IMG/VR virus record: IMGVR_UViG_3300020045_008547 | Location: 1-29,641 of that record | DNA from: a virus | Taxonomy: Duplodnaviria > Caudoviricetes | Length of the DNA: 29,641 nucleotides | Reading direction: 5' to 3' (one strand) | In this document: positions 17,151-25,300 of the stretch, one piece after another | Layout of the letters: each line of letters opens with the position of its first letter | How positions within the stretch are numbered: position 1 is the stretch's first letter | The notes under the pieces: generated by a model | What the model saw: the letters and a program-made list of their open reading frames with translations, nothing else | Database searches by the model: none | What the model was told of the DNA's origin: nothing | Made by a program: the position numbers and the translations under genes

Positions 17151-17463
17151 CCCGTGGCAGGCCCGCCTGGAGGCAATGGACCACAGCAAGGGGACCACCA
17201 ACGCCATGATCCAGAAGGCCATGCTCGCTGAAATCATGGCGCTGCGCAAACTGCTGAAGCCCGACATCGTGGAGTGGCGCAAGGCCAAGGCCTCGCAGAT
17301 ACGCGGAGGCAAGACCGAGCAGCGGCTGCAAGCGGAGTTGACCCAAGCGCTGTCGGAAGCCCGCATGTTGAAGTTCCGGGTCAAGCAGGCCCGGGTCAGC
17401 CGGGACGAGTGGAAGGCGGCGGCGTTGAGGTATCAGAAACAAATTATTGAAAGGCAATCATGA
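17131..17463 (+). CDS. Hypothetical coiled-coil protein
   Basis: Operon context; helical and basic. Confidence 0.65.
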   Translation: MSPAPTSPWQARLEAMDHSKGTTNAMIQKAMLAEIMALRKLLKPDIVEWRKAKASQIRGGKTEQRLQAELTQALSEARMLKFRVKQARVSRDEWKAAALRYQKQIIERQS

Positions 17464-17732
17464 CTATGCACAACGACGGCTTGACCAAGTTGATTGAAGA
17501 ATGTGGCGAGTTGATAACCGAATGCGCAAAGAAGGCTGCGTACCCTAATACCGACGAGCACCCTGACGGCAAAGGCTCAATGAAAAAGCGTATGGAGGAC
17601 GAAATTGCAGATGTGAAGGCCGCAATTGCGTTCGTGGAAGGGCAGTTTGGTTTGGACGCCGACGCCATATGGGTGCGGGCGTCGAAGAAGCTCGCTCTCT
17701 ACCGCCAGTGGCACGCCGATCCTGCATCATGA
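17460..17732 (+). CDS. MazG-like NTP pyrophosphohydrolase
   Basis: KLIEECGELI...K and EDEIADV motifs. Confidence 0.8.
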   Translation: MTMHNDGLTKLIEECGELITECAKKAAYPNTDEHPDGKGSMKKRMEDEIADVKAAIAFVEGQFGLDADAIWVRASKKLALYRQWHADPAS

Positions 17733-18007
17733 ACCCCAACCGCTTCCGCTGCCCAGCGTGCCGCACACGGCGCACCTCGTTCGTCAAGTTGATCGAGCAC
17801 TGCCGGGACAAGGGACACAAGCTGTGTGTCTGCGGGGGCTACCACTACGCACACCGGCCCGGGTCACCGACCTGTGTAGAGAATCCAATGAGCGACGTGC
17901 ATCTGGCCCGCCGCGACAAGGATGTGACAGAAGAACTTCTGCTTGAGATAGCAGCCCACTGCGCTTGGGAAAAACCTGGGCGTCCTTTTACTAAATGGAG
18001 AGATTGA
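17729..18007 (+). CDS. Cys/His-rich zinc-binding protein
   Basis: ATGA overlap; CPAC..H..H, CVCGGYHYAHRPGSPTC. Confidence 0.7.
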   Translation: MNPNRFRCPACRTRRTSFVKLIEHCRDKGHKLCVCGGYHYAHRPGSPTCVENPMSDVHLARRDKDVTEELLLEIAAHCAWEKPGRPFTKWRD

Positions 18008-18008
18008 T

Positions 18009-18470
18009 ATGGCTTTTATTGAAACCAACAAACACGACCCTTTGCTGCGTGTTCTGCGGGACGAACAGGTTTTAGGTAGCAATGTCAAGGGCGAGGGTTT
18101 GACCTGCGCGCAAATGACCGCAATTGAATACGCCCACCGCCGCATTCAAGAGGAAGTGCGCCAAGAGATTCACGGTGCTTTACTTGCCGACCGTGACGGC
18201 GTTTCACCGTACAACACGATCATGAACGGCAGCTTCGGGCCTCGAATGATGGAGGTCATCAAGAAATTCGCCAAGTTGCAAGCAGACGCCAGCATCAAGG
18301 TGGGCGTGGCCGACGAACAGGACACTGCGCGGTTGGACTGGGTATTACCCATCATCACTGGTGAAGACGACGACCTTGCCAACAACCGTACCATCGCGCT
18401 GGCCGGGTGCCTTGCACACGGTCGCAATGGGCGAGACACGATTGACCTTGCGCGAAAGGTGGTGGCGTAA
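18009..18470 (+). CDS. Hypothetical protein
   Basis: GGAGAG RBS; 'DTARLDW..RDTID' C-terminal motif common in phage proteins. Confidence 0.75.
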   Translation: MAFIETNKHDPLLRVLRDEQVLGSNVKGEGLTCAQMTAIEYAHRRIQEEVRQEIHGALLADRDGVSPYNTIMNGSFGPRMMEVIKKFAKLQADASIKVGVADEQDTARLDWVLPIITGEDDDLANNRTIALAGCLAHGRNGRDTIDLARKVVA

Positions 18471-19241
18471 ATGAACCTCGACCAAATCCGCTCGGAATTC
18501 GAGCAGGCTGCAATGCAGCACTTTGTTGCCCAGCGTGAAGCTGGCAAGGCAGTGGATGACAACGGGTCGCCGCCGACACCAGAGGCGCTGTTCTGGAAAG
18601 ACGAGCAGGGTAACTACGGCGTCAAGATGTTCAACGCGGCCTGGTGGGGGTGGAAGAACGCCACCGCTGTGTCGGCGGTGTACGTGCAGTCGTTGGAGAA
18701 CTTGCTGGAGGTTCAGGGTAGTTTGAAAGACAACCCTGTGGTCTCCGCAGATTTCATCCGGCGCACAAACGAGGAATACGCGGCGTGGTGCAAAACGCAA
18801 TACCAGCCCTCTGCGTTGGACGACCGCGGTTTTCCAAGCCTGTTTGGGCTGTGGGCGTGGCAGGAACAAGAGCGGAGAAAGCAATCGGCGTGCGAGGGTA
18901 TGGCGACTATACCCAACAGCCTGCTTGGCGAAATCATTGGCTGTTTTGACGCAGCCATTAGCGAGGGCCTTTATGAAGCCTTAGCGGAAACCCAAGACGC
19001 TCGGTTGAAAGACTTGCTGGAACGTCGGGTCATGCACGCCTACTTCAAAGCTGTTGGCCCCGAAAAGGCTCTAGCCCCCGTAAACATTGAGCAAGATGCT
19101 ACACAATGTGTAGCAGTTGCAAAATACACCTGCCCCCGCTGCCGTTGGACAGGTAACGAACCTGACGGCTGGTACACACCTGCCGACCAAGGCCACCGCT
19201 GCCCCGACTGCGGTGCTGAAGACTTGACTATCAACTACTGA
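18471..19241 (+). CDS. Multi-domain hypothetical protein with C-terminal zinc ribbon
   Basis: Abuts the upstream stop; 'AWWGW', 'LWAWQ'; CPRC...CPDC. Confidence 0.75.
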   Translation: MNLDQIRSEFEQAAMQHFVAQREAGKAVDDNGSPPTPEALFWKDEQGNYGVKMFNAAWWGWKNATAVSAVYVQSLENLLEVQGSLKDNPVVSADFIRRTNEEYAAWCKTQYQPSALDDRGFPSLFGLWAWQEQERRKQSACEGMATIPNSLLGEIIGCFDAAISEGLYEALAETQDARLKDLLERRVMHAYFKAVGPEKALAPVNIEQDATQCVAVAKYTCPRCRWTGNEPDGWYTPADQGHRCPDCGAEDLTINY

Positions 19242-19250
19242 AAGAAAACC

Positions 19251-20123
19251 ATGATCATTTACATCCTACTCGCCGTCGTTGCCACCATCTTGGGCGTGGC
19301 CTATTACCGCAAGCTGCACCCCAAGGGCTATGACATCGAGGTACCCCCGCCGACCACGTTGCGCACCGATCTGCTGTACGGCTACTACGGCTGCGAGACG
19401 GGCCAAGTGGCGGCGGTGAAGGGTCACACCAACCTGCACTGGGAAGCGCAGTTCAACGGGGTTGTGCGAGCCGCCGACGACATCCTGGAAATGGGCACCT
19501 TCACCGTGCTGGATGTCTCCACCCAACTGTTCGAGCGTTTCGCAGTCAGTGGGCGCAACTTCAGGATGCACCCGTTGTCGGAAGCCGCCGAGGCCCTGGT
19601 CAACCTGTTCGAGAACCTGAAGTCCCGCGGGGCCTTGCAGTATGTCAAGGTGCTGGTGCCCCTGGACGAGCCCAACACGAACTGCCGTTCTGACGCTGAC
19701 ATGCTGGACGCCATGATGGTGCTCAAGCTGACCGTTGCACGCTACCCTGAGTTGGCTGGCGTGAAGTACGGGGTCATCTATGCGGCCAAGCCCGAGCCGT
19801 TCATGTGCATCGACCTGTTCGACTGGGTGGGTGTGGACGACTACGACATGAAGTCCTCAGTCTTGCAGGGCGTCTACCAGCGCCTGGTTGCAGCCATGCG
19901 CCGTGATGCGAAGACCATTCTGCTGCCGGGTGGTGCGTTTGGGCAAGACCCCACACCCTTCGTGCGCTGGGCTCACACTGACGGCCTTGTGGCTGCGGTT
20001 GTGCCGTTCTGCTGGTTCGGCCCTCGGGAACCTGCCGATAAGTGGACGGGGATCGGTACCGGGGCGCTGCGGGAGGTGTACGAGGCGGAAGGCGCCACGA
20101 TAAAACTGTGGGGTGAAGCATGA
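19251..20123 (+). CDS. Membrane-anchored putative glycoside hydrolase (TIM barrel, clan GH-A-like)
   Basis: N-terminal TM helix; alternating beta/alpha pattern with 'VPLDEP' and 'FDWVGVDDY'. Confidence 0.6.
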   Translation: MIIYILLAVVATILGVAYYRKLHPKGYDIEVPPPTTLRTDLLYGYYGCETGQVAAVKGHTNLHWEAQFNGVVRAADDILEMGTFTVLDVSTQLFERFAVSGRNFRMHPLSEAAEALVNLFENLKSRGALQYVKVLVPLDEPNTNCRSDADMLDAMMVLKLTVARYPELAGVKYGVIYAAKPEPFMCIDLFDWVGVDDYDMKSSVLQGVYQRLVAAMRRDAKTILLPGGAFGQDPTPFVRWAHTDGLVAAVVPFCWFGPREPADKWTGIGTGALREVYEAEGATIKLWGEA

Positions 20124-20512
20124 GCCGCGTTGAATACACCTGGGCCACTACGGCCCCGCTTAAACCCGATGTCTACACAACACGCTGCAACGAGTCGAAG
20201 TACCTGACGCTGCGCTACTGGGATGGACAGACATGGTTTGAAATAGCGGCGACCACAAGCCGCGGTGGAACGCCTTTCAGTTGGCCCAAAAAGTCGCGCA
20301 GCAAGCGCCCTACGTGGGCGGTGCGTTTCCAGAACAGCCTCCGCCTGCGAAAGATAAGCGCCTACCTGGGCGAAATCCAGTGGGGCGAGCCCTTCAAGGT
20401 GTACGACGAAAAAGAAGTGCTGGCATACCTTATCAAGCGCGGCTTGCTGCGCTCGGACTGGAGGACGGCATTCCAAGAGGACATGCGTGCTAGGGCAGGT
20501 GGTGCCAAATGA
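20120..20512 (+). CDS. Hypothetical protein
   Basis: ATGA overlaps at both ends. Confidence 0.7.
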   Translation: MSRVEYTWATTAPLKPDVYTTRCNESKYLTLRYWDGQTWFEIAATTSRGGTPFSWPKKSRSKRPTWAVRFQNSLRLRKISAYLGEIQWGEPFKVYDEKEVLAYLIKRGLLRSDWRTAFQEDMRARAGGAK

Positions 20513-20868
20513 CCAAACGCGAACTGACGGCTGAAGCCGAACTGGACCGTGAGCGATTCGACCGTGACTACGGAAACCGAGGTTGCAATTGCTTCACCGG
20601 CTGTGCGCCTTGTGGCTGGTGCACCCACCCCGGCAATCCGATAAACCAAGCGGAAGACGAAGAGTGCTGGGAACGGGAACCAGCGGTGCCACCGCAGTTG
20701 CCGGTCACCATCATCGACATCGAGCGCTCACGGCGGTGCTTCGACATGCACCTGCCAATGGCCGACCCCTGCCCCCGCTGCGGTGGACACAATATGCAGG
20801 TGGGCGACTACGTGTGCTATGGGGTGTGCAGTCACTGTGAGACGGCAGACATGCTGAATTCAATATGA
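20509..20868 (+). CDS. Cys-rich hypothetical protein
   Basis: GCNCFTGCAPCGWCTHPGNP and CPRC...CSHC. Confidence 0.7.
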   Translation: MTKRELTAEAELDRERFDRDYGNRGCNCFTGCAPCGWCTHPGNPINQAEDEECWEREPAVPPQLPVTIIDIERSRRCFDMHLPMADPCPRCGGHNMQVGDYVCYGVCSHCETADMLNSI

Positions 20869-21059
20869 CAAATCAACAGCATTACCTCTGGGCACTGCTA
20901 GTCGCCTCCGTTGGAAACGCGATCATCGGTCTTTACTTCGGTTTATCCATAGGGTTGGCAGACTGCGCGAACCGCGGGTCGATGAAAACTGCCATACTCG
21001 CCAAACCGGTCAAGTGTGAATGGGTTAAGCCAGATGATGCAGCTAGTCCTACCCCTTGA
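20865..21059 (+). CDS. Small membrane protein
   Basis: ATGA overlap; one TM helix. Confidence 0.6.
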   Translation: MTNQQHYLWALLVASVGNAIIGLYFGLSIGLADCANRGSMKTAILAKPVKCEWVKPDDAASPTP

Positions 21060-21378
21060 CGGCCTGTGCAACGGCCCTCTGTTCGCACCAGCGCGCAAGA
21101 CCAGGTTGCCCAAACAGAAGGCGCGCGGTTGGCGCTGGTATCGGTCGCGCAACGCCAAGGCTACCCCCGCCTGGGCCAGCCGGTGGAAAATGGACCTGAT
21201 GTACGCCACCGCCCGCGTCCTGGGCGAGACGGTCGATCACATCGTGCCTATCAACCACCCGCTGGTCTGCGGTTTGCACACGGAGCACAACCTGCAACTG
21301 CTGCCTGCCGCCGAGAACACGGCCAAGGGCAACCTGTGGTGGCCCGACATGCCAGAGGAACAACTCACCCTCTTGTGA
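21034..21378 (+). CDS. Small HNH endonuclease
   Basis: ATPAWA, VDHIVPI..PLVCGLH..HNLQLL...N..KGN; start uncertain. Confidence 0.8.
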   Translation: MMQLVLPLDGLCNGPLFAPARKTRLPKQKARGWRWYRSRNAKATPAWASRWKMDLMYATARVLGETVDHIVPINHPLVCGLHTEHNLQLLPAAENTAKGNLWWPDMPEEQLTLL

Positions 21379-21402
21379 AACCCATTTAGTAAAGACTATA
21401 AT
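21373..21402 (+). promoter_or_regulatory. Promoter for a probable leaderless transcript, overlapped by an operator (21385-21400)
   Basis: TTGTGA-18 bp-TATAAT; ATG begins 7 nt after the -10; no SD. Confidence 0.7.
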
Positions 21403-21409
21403 ACCGTGC

Positions 21410-21673
21410 ATGTCGAAACCCGAAACCATCACCCCGCTGCTGACCATCCTACGAGCCCTGGAGAACGACGCTCGCCGGGACGAGTTTGCGGCGCTCGCTG
21501 GCACGTCTCGGATGTACCTCTACCAACTGGCCGGTTGCCACAACCAGTCGTGCCGCTCTACCCTGGCCGGAGCTATTGAGGACGCCAGCGTGAAGATGCA
21601 TACCAAGTACGGCACGCCGAAGATCACCATGCGTGAGTTGGCCACGATGTGCCCGCTGCCCAGTATAAAGTAG
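21410..21673 (+). CDS. Cro-like HTH transcriptional regulator
   Basis: RDEFAALAGTSRMYLYQLAG...LAGAIEDAS; stands alone between a promoter and a terminator. Confidence 0.8.
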   Translation: MSKPETITPLLTILRALENDARRDEFAALAGTSRMYLYQLAGCHNQSCRSTLAGAIEDASVKMHTKYGTPKITMRELATMCPLPSIK

Positions 21674-21691
21674 GGATTCAGCTTGCATTGA

Positions 21692-21716
21692 GACGGCCTT
21701 CTGGCCGTTTTTCTTT
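21692..21716 (+). terminator. Intrinsic terminator
   Basis: ACGGCC-TTCT-GGCCGT followed by TTTTCTTT. Confidence 0.8.
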
Positions 21717-21726
21717 GCAAATTCTA

Positions 21727-21756
21727 TTTAGCGATCGCTAAAAGATCGTGTACACT
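21727..21756 (+). promoter_or_regulatory. Promoter of the primase operon with a perfect palindromic operator (21727-21742)
   Basis: TTTAGCGATCGCTAAA palindrome over a weak -35 (TTAGCG), 17 bp, -10 TACACT. Confidence 0.65.
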
Positions 21757-21803
21757 TTCCCCGCCAGCCCTTCAGAAATTTCCCCATAAAACCCCGCCGC
21801 AAA

Positions 21804-21882
21804 GTTGTTAGGCGAGGGTCTGCCACTCCCTATTTTGCGTAGGGTGCGGGCTGGCGCTTTGGGCAGACTCTCACCTCACAAC
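21804..21882 (+). ncRNA. Candidate CI/C4-like antisense RNA
   Basis: Long stem 21804-21824/21862-21882 closes two hairpins (loops TTTTGCG, GGCTGG); complementary targets at 21762-21770, 21798-21803 and 21900-21907. Confidence 0.7.
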
Positions 21883-21908
21883 GCAGTGATTTGAAAGGTC
21901 GCCAGCCT

Positions 21909-22208
21909 ATGATTTCCCCAGAAAAATTCCCCTGTACCGCTTGGCTATACAACAACGGCAAGGTGCGCCAGGCGATCCTCACCGAGTTCGCAGGTCGCAA
22001 CAACATGCACGTCCGTGCGAGAGTCGATGACACTCCGTTCCACATCCTAAACCTTCAGTACCTTTTCGATTCGCCAGAGGCCGCTATTGCCGCAGAGGTC
22101 GAGACTGCGAACCTCGAGTGCCAGCGGCTTCGAGGGTTGTTGCGTGACGCTGAAGACCGGAGGCACGCGGCCATCTTGTTGCAAGCTGAAATGCAGAGCA
22201 AAGCCTGA
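21909..22208 (+). CDS. Hypothetical protein (probable paralog of the next gene)
   Basis: AAAGG RBS, ATG 21909; MISPEKFPCTAW. Confidence 0.75.
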   Translation: MISPEKFPCTAWLYNNGKVRQAILTEFAGRNNMHVRARVDDTPFHILNLQYLFDSPEAAIAAEVETANLECQRLRGLLRDAEDRRHAAILLQAEMQSKA

Positions 22209-22525
22209 TGTTCGCCCCGCGAGAATTTCCGTGCGCAGCATGGGTGTCGTATCTGGACACTGACCAAATGGAGGTTGTTGTCATGCCGGTGACTCTGCTG
22301 GGCTACGGCGGTGCCACCAAGAGCTACGTGACCATGGAAAGCGATGCACCTCTGCACGAAGACCTGATCCAAGAGACACAAGCCGCCGCTATCCAACGGG
22401 TGGTCGGCCTCCTGGCTGGGATCATTGAAGGTCGAACCCCCACTCTCCACCACCTGCGGGACGGGCTCTTGCCCGTGCATGCAGCGCTGGTTTCAAGGTT
22501 GGCAATTATGAAAGCAAAATCATGA
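22208..22525 (+). CDS. Hypothetical protein (probable paralog of the previous gene)
   Basis: TGATG coupling; MFAPREFPCAAW. Confidence 0.75.
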   Translation: MFAPREFPCAAWVSYLDTDQMEVVVMPVTLLGYGGATKSYVTMESDAPLHEDLIQETQAAAIQRVVGLLAGIIEGRTPTLHHLRDGLLPVHAALVSRLAIMKAKS

Positions 22526-22893
22526 GCATCGTGCAACTGTTCGCCCTTCGGGAACTAGCAGAAAAAGCCTACCCCAAAAAATGGCGGCACAACAAAAACA
22601 ACGAGCAGATTGGAGACGTGTCCGCTTACAACTCGGGTCACAGCGTTGCGGTGGCCCAGCCGTTGGTTGGTATCTCATGGCGACAGCGAGACGACAACGC
22701 AGCCTTCATAGCCACCGCCGACCCTTGCACCGTGATGCTGTTGGTGGACGACCTTGAAACGACCTACGTTGCGCTTCGCTCAATCAGCAATCTTCTGACA
22801 CGCACCCACGGCAACTCGGCCAATGCCGCAAGCATCGCTGCGTTGGTAAACGATGCCCTAGACAAACTGAATAAGAACTCCACCCCCACATGA
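22522..22893 (+). CDS. Ead/Ea22-like protein
   Basis: LRELAEKA..W...DNAAFIATADP.TV.LL.DDLE. Confidence 0.7.
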   Translation: MSIVQLFALRELAEKAYPKKWRHNKNNEQIGDVSAYNSGHSVAVAQPLVGISWRQRDDNAAFIATADPCTVMLLVDDLETTYVALRSISNLLTRTHGNSANAASIAALVNDALDKLNKNSTPT

Positions 22894-25109
22894 CCCCACA
22901 ACAGTTTGCCGAAGCCAAGCGGCTTCACAGTGCAGGGCTGAAGCTCTGCGAGTTGCACCCCGACAGCAAGCGGCCTCTCGGGGACGGCTGGAACAACAAG
23001 GTAGTGAGCGAGGTGCGCGAGAGCGCCGGTGGTTACGGCCTGTTGCTCGCCAAGAACGACATGTGCAGCGTGGACGTGGACAACGAGCCGCTGGCCGTGG
23101 CAGGCATGGAGCGCTGCGGGTTCTCCATATCCCGGCTGCGTTACCTCGGTGTCTGGACATCCAGCACCCGGCCAGGCAGTGGTGGGCGTGTGGCCTTCCG
23201 CGTCCCGGCTGGCGCCAACCTGCGCTGGCTGAAATTTTCCAGCAAAACGCACGGCACGATTTTGGAACTGCGGGCTGAGTCTCAGAACCTCCAGGACTGC
23301 CTACCCGGCACCACGTACCACTCCACTGACGGCTCGGGGCCGTGGGTGCAGCAGTACCACGACGACTGCCTGTTCACGCTGGACACCGCGCCCGACCTCC
23401 CGCCCGATCTGCTGGCGTGGTGGTCACGCATGGCCGAGGACGTGGAGTACCTGCGGGAGCAGCAGCGCCTGCTGGTGGGCGAGGACGCCCAGTTGTCGGT
23501 CAGTTCGGGTGACGGCAAGCTGGCCTACACCTCCGAGCACCGCGTGCCCTTCAACAGCCAGAACCAGGTGGTGGACATCCTGGAGCGCCACGGCTACACG
23601 CTGCACCGCAACGGCAGGTACGCACCCTCCACAGCCACCGGAGCCGCCGCTGTACGGCCCATACCAGGCCGGGACGACCTGTGGCAGTCTGACCATGCCT
23701 CCGACCCGCTGCACGGCACATTCGACGCCTGGACGGCCCACGTCGTGCTGGACCACAACGACGACTTCGAGCAGGCCGTGAGCCAGGCAGACAACAGCCG
23801 CGCGCTGTCGGCCAGCAGTGGGTTCGAGGAAGTCGAGGTCGTGCGCCGGATAGAGGGTAGTGCGCGCGAGGTGGAGGACGACCTGGGCCTGGACGAGCCG
23901 CTGCCGTGGCCCAACTTCGAGCGGGACAAGACCGGCAGGTGCAAGCCCATCGTCAACAACGTCGTTGCAGCGTTGCGGCGACCTGACATCAGCGGCAAGT
24001 CGCTGGGCTTCGACCAGTTCAGGGCCGAGATTATGCTGGCGAAACCCGGCACCAAGGACTGGCGCCCGTTCAGGGACAGCGACTACCTGTGGCTACGGGC
24101 ACGGCTGGAGCAAGGCGAAAACGGGTTCCTACCGATCAGTGTTGAACTCATGCGTGCGTCGGTCGCCGCCATTGCCGAGGAAAACGAGTTCGACAGCGCC
24201 ATCGACTGGATCACCGCGCTGCCTTGCGACGGCGGCAAGCGCTGCGAGACATTCCTGATCGACTACTTCGGGGTCGAAGACACACCGTACCACCGCGCGG
24301 CTAGCCTCTACATGTGGACAGCCATGGCAGCGCGTGTACTGAAGCCCGGGTGCCAGGCCGACATGAGTGTCATCCTGGTCGGCGGGCAGGGCGCACGCAA
24401 GACCACGGCGGTCAAGGCCATGGTGCCCAACAACGACCTGTTCGTGTCTATCGACTTGTCGAAGAAGGAAGATGATCTGGCCCGAATTATGCGGGGAAAA
24501 CTGATTGGGGAAATTGCCGAGTTGCGCGGCCTGATGACCAAAGACCTGGAGGCGATCAAGGACTGGCTCACGCGCACGCATGAGGAATGGACACCCAAGT
24601 TCAAGGAATTCGTCACGAAATTCGCTCGGCGCCTGTTTTTCATAGGGACCACCAACGAGCCCCAGTTCCTGGCCGACAGCACCGGCGCGCGGCGGTTCTT
24701 GCCGGTCACCGTGGGCGACATGATCGACGTAGACGGCATCCGAGCAGTGCGCGAGCAGTGTTGGGCTGAGGCCGCCCAATTGGTTTTGGCAGGTGGCGTT
24801 CAGTGGCAAGCCGCCGAAAGGCTGGCAAAAGAACAACACGACGACTATCGAGTGGTGGACGACTGGGAGCCGCTGGTCAAAGCGTTCCTGGATGACGACC
24901 TATTTGGCGAGGGGGTACGGAAACAGATGGTCACCACCACGGAAGTGCTGGTTGCCGCCTTGCGGTTTGACGAAAGGCAGATAACACAACGCGAAAGCAA
25001 ACGGGCGGCTGCTGTTCTTAAGTCTTTAGGTTATAAAAGAGACAAAGTTCGGACAGAAACGGGCATAAAGTGGGCTTATGTTACCCCGTGTTCCCTGTTG
25101 CTTAAATAG
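22890..25109 (+). CDS. Primase-helicase: N-terminal Prim-Pol-like domain and C-terminal VirE/VapE ATPase
   Basis: SKRP..GW, SVDVD; RVLKPGCQAD, GGQGARKTT, EIAEL, FIGTTN..FLADSTGARRF. Confidence 0.92.
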   Translation: MTPQQFAEAKRLHSAGLKLCELHPDSKRPLGDGWNNKVVSEVRESAGGYGLLLAKNDMCSVDVDNEPLAVAGMERCGFSISRLRYLGVWTSSTRPGSGGRVAFRVPAGANLRWLKFSSKTHGTILELRAESQNLQDCLPGTTYHSTDGSGPWVQQYHDDCLFTLDTAPDLPPDLLAWWSRMAEDVEYLREQQRLLVGEDAQLSVSSGDGKLAYTSEHRVPFNSQNQVVDILERHGYTLHRNGRYAPSTATGAAAVRPIPGRDDLWQSDHASDPLHGTFDAWTAHVVLDHNDDFEQAVSQADNSRALSASSGFEEVEVVRRIEGSAREVEDDLGLDEPLPWPNFERDKTGRCKPIVNNVVAALRRPDISGKSLGFDQFRAEIMLAKPGTKDWRPFRDSDYLWLRARLEQGENGFLPISVELMRASVAAIAEENEFDSAIDWITALPCDGGKRCETFLIDYFGVEDTPYHRAASLYMWTAMAARVLKPGCQADMSVILVGGQGARKTTAVKAMVPNNDLFVSIDLSKKEDDLARIMRGKLIGEIAELRGLMTKDLEAIKDWLTRTHEEWTPKFKEFVTKFARRLFFIGTTNEPQFLADSTGARRFLPVTVGDMIDVDGIRAVREQCWAEAAQLVLAGGVQWQAAERLAKEQHDDYRVVDDWEPLVKAFLDDDLFGEGVRKQMVTTTEVLVAALRFDERQITQRESKRAAAVLKSLGYKRDKVRTETGIKWAYVTPCSLLLK

Positions 25110-25111
25110 AC

Positions 25112-25271
25112 GGGGTACAGGTTTTTCACTCTTATGTACCCCTTGTACCCCGTGTACCCCGTTGTTTGTTATTAAAGGTCTGGATGTTGTGAGATTGTGT
25201 ATGTTGCAGTGCAGTATGTGTCCAGCCACCTCCAATAGGATTTCAGGGGGTACAACGGGGTACGGGGTACA
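25112..25271. repeat. Inverted iteron arrays (TGTACCCC / GGGGTAC[A]), putative replication origin
   Basis: TGTACCCC at 25135, 25144, 25153; GGGGTAC(A) at 25112, 25247, 25257, 25264. Confidence 0.75.
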
Positions 25272-25300
25272 GAGAGAGTTGGCACCCCGCCGGAAATTAG

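Noticed and set aside
3721-17732. Complete DNA hypermodification pathway
   Set aside because: ThyX, dUTPase, MazG-like and DUF3310 are present, but no recognisable hydroxymethylase, PurZ, Que/DpdA, glycosyltransferase or methyltransferase gene is in the window
21804-21882. tRNA gene
   Set aside because: About tRNA-sized but lacks the TTCRA T-loop, a four-arm cloverleaf and a CCA end
2683-24839. Long opposite-strand ORFs (e.g. 2683-3342, 3436-4113, 5222-5881, 12400-13185, 24129-24839)
   Set aside because: Antisense shadows of GC-rich genes, without motifs, RBS or operon logic
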